In this document: positions 1 to 3,854 of the stretch, in pieces
Position numbering within the stretch: position 1 is the stretch's first letter
How the letters are laid out: each line of letters opens with the position of its first letter
Source of the DNA: a virus
Reading direction: 5' to 3' (one strand)
DNA: 5,153 bases
IMG/VR virus record: IMGVR_UViG_3300020029_000042
Location: 1 to 5,153 of that record
Notes under the pieces: model-generated
Seen by the model: only the letters and a program-made list of their open reading frames with translations
Told to the model about the DNA's origin: nothing
The model's database searches: none
Translations under genes and position numbers: made by a program

Positions 1-121
1 GGTTCTCATCACGGAACCATTCATTCATGACCAAAGCATACGCTCTGAAAGGTAATGCGTTAACTGAGAGGTCAGGTACACCAGTAGGAATACCGAGATA
101 ATCAGCAATCGTTCCGATAGA
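1..121. repeat. Terminal redundancy, left copy (identical to 5033..5153). This is the assembly overlap of a circular 5032-nt genome.
   Basis: Direct comparison: bases 1-121 (ggttctcatcacggaacc...gttccgataga) are repeated exactly at 5033-5153. The VP1 reading frame runs straight through the junction. Confidence 0.95.
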
Positions 122-484
122 CCATCCATCAGTCGCCGGAGCCGTGATCTGAGGCACTTCATACTCCGTCGTAGGCAACCACGCAGATTGGGTGTTCTCA
201 CCGTTAAACTCCTTCCAGTGGCTCCACACGAGCCGATTGGGCACAAAAAAGAAATATGTGTCCAGATAAAGATTGTCCATCATAGGCGTAATCAGGGTCT
301 GGAGGCGGACAACCTTCGAGGTCTTAATCTTGAAGGTATCGCCAGGCAAAACCTCATCCACATAAAAAGGGATGACATCGCCGACATTGAACGACGTTTT
401 CACCGAACTGGAGCGGTCAAACTGAGACCGCCGGATATCAGCATGGGGCAGCTGAGCAAAATGGGATTCCACATTCCGATTCAT
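1..484 (-). CDS. VP1: Major capsid protein VP1 (phiX174 F-like), N-terminal 161 codons. It continues across the circular junction into 5032..3855, giving 553 aa in total.
   Basis: The minus strand is open from ATG 484..482 to the window edge with no stop. It is missing from the ORF track because it runs off the edge. My translation is MNRNVESHFAQLPHADIRRSQFDRSSSVKTSFNVGDVIPFYVDEVLPGDTFKIKTSKVVRLQTLITPMMDNLYLDTYFFFVPNRLVWSHWKEFNGENTQSAW..., the hallmark N-terminus of gokushovirus capsid proteins. SD AAGGAGG (501..495) lies 10 nt upstream. The ATG overlaps the VP3 stop (ATGA). The frame is continuous with the 3855..5066 ORF (484 + 1178 nt = 554 codons). Confidence 0.95.
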   Translation of the reverse strand, partial: MNRNVESHFAQLPHADIRRSQFDRSSSVKTSFNVGDVIPFYVDEVLPGDTFKIKTSKVVRLQTLITPMMDNLYLDTYFFFVPNRLVWSHWKEFNGENTQSAWLPTTEYEVPQITAPATDGWSIGTIADYLGIPTGVPDLSVNALPFRAYALVMNEWFRDEN

Positions 485-948
485 TCAGACTTTTCCTCCT
501 TTACAGGCTCCGGAGCCGGAGCTTCATCTTTGACAACTCCTAGCTTACGCCAAAAGTCAGGACCATCCATAGAAGCCATAAACTCAGAAAAACTATGGTT
601 AAACTGAGCACGGACATCCACCGGCAGGCTTTCAAAATACTGCTTGCCATCATTGACAGCATTAAGCAGATCAGCATAAGTAGAAGGAAGACCGGTAAAA
701 TCGCCATAAGCTGCCTGAACACGAGAGAGAGCATCGGGATCTCCTTGCGCATAGCGCCGCAGCAGGGTATTAATATCCACGGAATCCTTGTGGCTCTGGA
801 TATACTCGTACAGATTCTCTTCGCCCTTCTCAACGAGATCCATCACGCCATTCTCATCAAAGCGAGGAGCATACAGCTTTTTAATACGAGATCCAGTGCA
901 ACACTGATAACGAGGATGCTCATCAAACTGAGTACGAAACTTCCGCAT
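481..948 (-). CDS. VP3: Internal scaffolding protein VP3 (155 aa)
   Basis: This is the track ORF 481..1023, but I place the start at ATG 948..946 because GGAGGTG (959..953) sits 4 nt upstream. The ATG at 1023 has no SD and would overlap the upstream gene. The N-terminus is MRKFRTQFDEHPRYQ and the C-terminus is an acidic KDEAPAPEPVKEEKSE tail. Size and position immediately upstream of VP1 match gokushovirus VP3. The stop TGA overlaps the VP1 ATG. Confidence 0.85.
   Translation of the reverse strand: MRKFRTQFDEHPRYQCCTGSRIKKLYAPRFDENGVMDLVEKGEENLYEYIQSHKDSVDINTLLRRYAQGDPDALSRVQAAYGDFTGLPSTYADLLNAVNDGKQYFESLPVDVRAQFNHSFSEFMASMDGPDFWRKLGVVKDEAPAPEPVKEEKSE
540..734 (-). CDS. Hypothetical 64-aa two-transmembrane-segment protein embedded in the +1 frame of VP3 (candidate lysis or membrane protein)
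   Basis: This is a sub-ORF of track ORF 540..833. ATG 734..732 is preceded by AAGGAG (746..741) with a 6-nt spacer. The product is MLSLVFRQLMAILPVFLLLMLICLMLSMMASSILKACRWMSVLSLTIVFLSLWLLWMVLTFGVS, two about 24-aa hydrophobic stretches separated by KACR. Caveat: VP3 codons are T-rich at position 3, which by itself makes the +1 frame hydrophobic. Confidence 0.3.
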   Translation of the reverse strand: MLSLVFRQLMAILPVFLLLMLICLMLSMMASSILKACRWMSVLSLTIVFLSLWLLWMVLTFGVS

Positions 949-949
949 A

Positions 950-1192
950 TCACACCTCCAGGGAAGAACCGGCAACAACCAGGCGGGGGACACAGGGCAC
1001 GATCTCGCCGGTATCGACGTCATAGGTACCGAGCTGGAACAACTGATAATCCGCCGTATGGGAGTTCATGAGAGACGAAGGATTGCGTACAGCGTGGGCA
1101 AAATTACGCATTGCGCAAGCATCGTTCTGATCCACGGTCGGCGACATAAAGCCCGTATGAATGTCACGAATCGCATAAATTTGAAATTTCAT
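950..1192 (-). CDS. 80-aa small non-structural protein in the VP5 position (possible phiX174 C analogue; function unverified)
   Basis: ATG 1192..1190 has GGGAGG (1208..1203) 10 nt upstream. The stop TGA at 952..950 lies 1 nt before the VP3 ATG. Size and location between the rep module and VP3 match gokushovirus ORF5/VP5. The N-terminus MKFQIYAIRDIHTGFMSPTVDQNDACAMRNF resembles small conserved Microviridae proteins I recall only loosely. Confidence 0.75.
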   Translation of the reverse strand: MKFQIYAIRDIHTGFMSPTVDQNDACAMRNFAHAVRNPSSLMNSHTADYQLFQLGTYDVDTGEIVPCVPRLVVAGSSLEV

Positions 1193-1329
1193 TAAAAATC
1201 AACCTCCCTATACTGAATAGAAACATCCGCAATTCCAAAATCCCATTCTTCCAAAAAAGAAATCACGTCCTCAAAGCTATTCAAACAACCATAAAGCACA
1301 TCATCTAAATAAATACAGTACAAATTCAC
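1192..1329 (-). CDS. Hypothetical 45-codon acidic ORF (GTG start) in an AT-rich island
   Basis: My translation is (V/M)NLYCIYLDDVLYGCLNSFEDVISFLEEWDFGIADVSIQYREVDF. It has 10 D/E and 1 R. GTG 1329..1327 overlaps the stop of the upstream basic peptide (GTGA), with GGAGG 9 nt upstream. Its TAA overlaps the ATG of the 80-aa gene (TAATG). There is no ATG in the frame. The region is about 34% GC by my count over 1201-1320. It could instead be non-coding spacer. Confidence 0.35.
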   Translation of the reverse strand: MNLYCIYLDDVLYGCLNSFEDVISFLEEWDFGIADVSIQYREVDF

Positions 1330-1439
1330 AGCCGGATACCTCCACGATAAATCGTCGGATTGATATTAATCTTCTTGGACTTCGCAGCAGTGCGCTTAAA
1401 CACCTGCTGATCCTTGCCTTTCCGCATCTTCTTCCGCAT
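1326..1439 (-). CDS. 37-aa highly basic DNA-binding/packaging peptide (phiX174 J analogue; gokushovirus ORF8-like)
   Basis: It is not in the ORF track because it is too short. ATG 1439..1437 directly follows the VP4 TAA, with AAGGAGG (1455..1449) 9 nt upstream. The product is MRKKMRKGKDQQVFKRTAAKSKKININPTIYRGGIRL. It has 13 K/R and 1 acidic residue in 37. The C-terminal RGGIRL-type end is typical of the small basic proteins of gokushoviruses. Confidence 0.8.
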   Translation of the reverse strand: MRKKMRKGKDQQVFKRTAAKSKKININPTIYRGGIRL

Positions 1440-2498
1440 TTAATCCAACCTCCTTTTCAATGATTTGATACGCTCTTTCAGGGCGCGTTCCTCAACTGCC
1501 AACAGATCGATATAGGACAAATTCGTCTGGGCAAGCTTGGCCTGCCGGGCATCCATGGCAATCTTCTTACGGGCCTCTTTCATAGCGGCCGATTCATCCG
1601 GGTACTCCACATCAAAGATCCGATCGAAATACTTCGGAGGGCGGAACTTCCGGCCGCCCTTTGCCGTAGACACGTTGATATACTCATACTTGTACAGATC
1701 CGGATGGTTATCATAGTAATTCCGGCCAATGCCGGGCTTCAGAGACATCTGCGTGAACGGAGGCTCAATGTTATGGTCATCGTAAAAGCAAGCTGCAAGG
1801 CCAGTCAGCTTCTTGGTCACATACCTGGCAGTATACGCACAGGTCTCCCAGGAGACCTCAGATACAACAGCACGGCCAATAGGCTTCTTGACACCATCAT
1901 CACCTTTGACGCTCCAACATGCCTGCAGGGAAGGGGAGAGATAAAGGACAAACCCTGTCTCAGGATCTCGCTCATAAATCTGAAGATCATTCAAATGCAG
2001 GCCGAACAGGATCACATGGTAATGCGGCCGAAACGTATGGGAACCATACTCGCCAGCAGCATAAAACCGAATACGATCATCCGGGAACGCCTTCCGAAGA
2101 CGCTTCATGAACAGCTGCAAATCACGCTTCCGAAGGGAAAGCGACGGGATCACTTCACCAGTCTCAGGATCACCATAACAGCTGCGAGGGACATGATCAT
2201 TGTCATACGTCAGCGTCGCAAACCAGGCACTGTCATGATCCTCCAACTCCAGAAGACAACGATTGGCCCATTCACGGGAATACTGCATCCGGCAACCAAT
2301 ACACTGACCACATGGGATTTCAATACTTTCACGAACCACACGTTCTGCCATAGATCCTCGCTCCTTGATATGGACGGGCATCCAGATACCACGCACAAGC
2401 TCCACGTGATCCACACCATAACCAGTGATCTTGTAATCGACTTTCCCAGTCTTCGTAATACCAATAGGGAAACCCTTTAATGGATGGTAACACGGCAC
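1440..2498 (-). CDS. VP4: Replication initiation protein VP4 (phiX174 A-like HUH rolling-circle endonuclease), 352 aa from a GTG start
   Basis: Track ORF 1440..2513. The track start at 2513 is a TTG that itself forms part of the SD. I prefer GTG 2498..2496, which has GAGGAGG (2511..2505) 6 nt upstream and gives the N-terminus (M)PCYHPLKGF. Rep motifs are FATLTY (2222..2205), the HUH motif HYHVILF (2024..2004) and the two-tyrosine motif AYTARYVTKK (1838..1809). A CGQCIGCR cysteine cluster is also present. Confidence 0.95.
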   Translation of the reverse strand: MPCYHPLKGFPIGITKTGKVDYKITGYGVDHVELVRGIWMPVHIKERGSMAERVVRESIEIPCGQCIGCRMQYSREWANRCLLELEDHDSAWFATLTYDNDHVPRSCYGDPETGEVIPSLSLRKRDLQLFMKRLRKAFPDDRIRFYAAGEYGSHTFRPHYHVILFGLHLNDLQIYERDPETGFVLYLSPSLQACWSVKGDDGVKKPIGRAVVSEVSWETCAYTARYVTKKLTGLAACFYDDHNIEPPFTQMSLKPGIGRNYYDNHPDLYKYEYINVSTAKGGRKFRPPKYFDRIFDVEYPDESAAMKEARKKIAMDARQAKLAQTNLSYIDLLAVEERALKERIKSLKRRLD

Positions 2499-2608
2499 AA
2501 CAATCCTCCTCAAAATGTTCAGATTCCAAGAAAGGACGAACGCAACAAAATAAGGGTTTTGTGGCTTATCCAGTTTTCACCAGATAATTTTCCTTCCTCG
2601 GTAAGACC

Positions 2609-2638
2609 ATCATAGCACAGGATAGAGGGGCGTGTCAA
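2609..2638 (-). promoter_or_regulatory. Sigma70-type promoter with extended -10, driving VP4 and the downstream genes
   Basis: The minus strand reads TTGACA (2638..2633), an 18-nt spacer, then TGcTATGAT (TG 2617..2616, -10 hexamer 2614..2609). It sits in the only sizeable non-coding region, about 110 nt upstream of the VP4 start. The -35 element overlaps a 10-bp palindrome CAAAGCTTTG (2636-2645). Confidence 0.6.
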
Positions 2639-2651
2639 AGCTTTGGTGTCA

Positions 2652-2686
2652 CTGGGAACAGTTAAATCAAGGGGAACTGTTCCCAG
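2652..2686. repeat. Perfect 12-bp inverted repeat (hairpin) with an 11-nt loop; candidate replication origin or strand-specific ssDNA signal
   Basis: CTGGGAACAGTT (2652-2663) and AACTGTTCCCAG (2675-2686) are exact reverse complements. The loop on the gene-sense strand is CCCCTTGATTT. It lies between the terminator and the promoter. Confidence 0.7.
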
Positions 2687-2716
2687 ACCCTCGGGGGTAG
2701 CTTCTGCGCCGACTGC

Positions 2717-2745
2717 AAAACCCCCGGCACAAGGCCGGGGGCTTT
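2717..2745 (-). terminator. Rho-independent terminator closing the genome-length transcription unit
   Basis: The minus strand reads AAAG-CCCCCGGC-cttgt-GCCGGGGG-TTTT. This is an 8-bp all-G/C stem (2741..2734 and 2728..2721) with a 5-nt loop and a T-tract (2720..2717). It starts 19 nt after the stop of the last minus-strand ORF (2764). Confidence 0.65.
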
Positions 2746-2763
2746 CATCGGAGATCCTACCGC

Positions 2764-2910
2764 TCAGTGACGGTTGAGCCAATTAATAATAGCATTGACA
2801 AGGCGAATGCCGAAATACAGAACCAGAATCACAACGACCAAATTCACCAAAGCAGCTATATCATACGGCGTCAAGGAAATCACTCCCTTCCAAAACCAGA
2901 TTGCTGCCAT
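2764..2910 (-). CDS. Hypothetical small single-pass membrane protein. It is 48 aa from ATG 2910, or 36 aa from TTG 2874.
   Basis: It is not in the ORF track because it is too short. My translation is MAAIWFWKGVISLTPYDIAALVNLVVVILVLYFGIRLVNAIINWLNRH, with a hydrophobic core IAALVNLVVVILVLYFGI and a basic C-terminal end. ATG 2910 lies inside the VP2 3' end and lacks a clear SD. The in-frame TTG 2874 has AAGGGAG (2889..2883) 8 nt upstream. The ORF fills otherwise unassigned sequence between the VP2 stop and the terminator. Confidence 0.45.
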   Translation of the reverse strand: MAAIWFWKGVISLTPYDIAALVNLVVVILVLYFGIRLVNAIINWLNRH

Positions 2911-3842
2911 TCAGGACGCAACTTCTCACCAAGAAGGAAACCGGTAGACGCAACAGCATTCCAAGCATTACTCGGATAATATTTCTTCAGGTACTCCTGA
3001 AATTTCTGCTGAGCTTCCTGCAGCGCAGTCTTGGTAGCATTGTTCTGATCGGTTGCATACCGCTGGGCAGCTGCATTCAGAGAGGCTGCATACTGGGTGG
3101 CCTTGGAGGCACGGGTGGAGTTCCGGTCGGACGCTTCGGCATTGATCGAGGCAACGACCTTAGAGGTCATAGACTGGATATCAGACGCGTACTGCTGGGC
3201 TTGCAAATGCACATCGCTGGCATAGCGAGACGCCGAGGCATTGATGCCTGCAACATCACGGGATGCAGCAGCAGACATACCAGCAGTTTGAAGATTAGTA
3301 GCAGCATTTAACTCTGACATATACTTAGACATAGCATTATATTTATCAGCTACAGCTAAATTTGTTTGAGCATTAATATTTGCCATATCTAAATTGTTTT
3401 TATATTGTAACATACTTGAAAGCAATTGTACAATAGCAGAATTTTTGCTGGTATCGGTCTGACCCATAGCGCCGGAGCTGGTAACGCCGGAGGCGGTAGC
3501 TCCGGAGGTGACGGCGGCACCATTGCCGCCGGTAGCGGACAGGATCGGATTAAGGCCGGCAGCCTGCAGATCGCGAATCTCGCGTTGGTGGGCAGTATCG
3601 GACATCATCTTCTGCCAGTCACGGTTCTTGGCGGCTTCGGCCGCATTAAAGTCCATGGCAACCTTATTCTGCTCACGCTGGAAATCCATCTGTTTCTCTG
3701 CCTGAGCAGCTGACCAGGCATTGTTCGCATTGGTGGTGGCGTTGATCTGGTCGAAAGCCTGGTTAGCCTGGTAAACGGCATTGGGCTGATAGTCATCCAG
3801 GATCGAGACATTGTTTGCAACACCAGAGGCAGATGTGGCCAT
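2880..3842 (-). CDS. VP2: Minor capsid / DNA pilot protein VP2 (phiX174 H analogue), 320 aa
   Basis: Track ORF. ATG 3842..3840 has AGGAGGTG (3854..3847) upstream, with 6 nt between GGAGG and the ATG. It starts 12 nt after the VP1 stop. It carries the conserved gokushovirus VP2 motif MSDTAHQREIRDLQAAGLNPIL (3605..3540), followed by a G/S/T/A-rich linker and an Ala/Gln/Ser-rich helical C-terminal half. Confidence 0.9.
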   Translation of the reverse strand: MATSASGVANNVSILDDYQPNAVYQANQAFDQINATTNANNAWSAAQAEKQMDFQREQNKVAMDFNAAEAAKNRDWQKMMSDTAHQREIRDLQAAGLNPILSATGGNGAAVTSGATASGVTSSGAMGQTDTSKNSAIVQLLSSMLQYKNNLDMANINAQTNLAVADKYNAMSKYMSELNAATNLQTAGMSAAASRDVAGINASASRYASDVHLQAQQYASDIQSMTSKVVASINAEASDRNSTRASKATQYAASLNAAAQRYATDQNNATKTALQEAQQKFQEYLKKYYPSNAWNAVASTGFLLGEKLRPEWQQSGFGRE

Positions 3843-3854
3843 AGGGCACCTCCT

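Noticed and set aside
1-121. Terminal 121-nt direct repeat considered as a biological DTR, LTR or insertion-sequence end
   Set aside because: The repeat lies inside the VP1 coding sequence, and the frame is continuous across the join. It is therefore the overlap produced by linearising a circular contig, not a packaged terminal repeat or a mobile-element boundary.
25-246. 73-aa minus-strand ORF within the VP1 N-terminal region in another frame
   Set aside because: It lies entirely within the strongly supported VP1 frame. It is R/L/S/C-rich with no SD, so it is most likely a chance open frame.
949-1023. Longer 180-aa model of VP3 starting at ATG 1023
   Set aside because: No SD lies upstream, it would overlap the 80-aa gene by 74 nt, and it adds a C/P/W-rich N-terminal extension. 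ATG 948 has GGAGGTG at ideal spacing and abuts the upstream stop.
188-1071. Plus-strand ORFs 188..607 (139 aa) and 595..1071 (158 aa), antisense to VP1, VP3 and the 80-aa gene
   Set aside because: They are antisense shadows of well-supported genes. No SD or motif is present, and their composition is typical of non-coding frames.
1704-2480. 258-aa plus-strand ORF antisense to VP4
   Set aside because: It is in exact codon register with VP4 (both start coordinates are 0 mod 3). It therefore stays open simply because the sense gene rarely uses TTA/CTA/TCA codons. The product is R/T/L/S-rich low-complexity sequence. No SD was found, and every recognisable gene is on the other strand, as expected for Microviridae.
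2210-2529. Same-strand alternative-frame ORFs within or over the VP4 5' region (2210..2464 at 84 aa, 2329..2529 at 66 aa), considered as phiX174 B/K-like overlapping genes
   Set aside because: No SD was seen (checked for 2329..2529, which starts at TTG). The sequences are C/W/R-rich and unstructured-looking, and nothing is recognisable. There is no evidence beyond openness.
2519-2782. 87-aa minus-strand ORF spanning the intergenic region
   Set aside because: It has a TTG start, no in-frame ATG and no SD. It reads straight through the terminator hairpin, the 12-bp hairpin and the promoter. Regulatory structure explains this sequence better.
2767-2979. 70-aa plus-strand ORF overlapping the VP2 3' end and the small TM ORF in antisense
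   Set aside because: It is on the wrong strand for this unidirectional genome and has no SD. The sense-strand TM ORF followed by the terminator is a more coherent reading.
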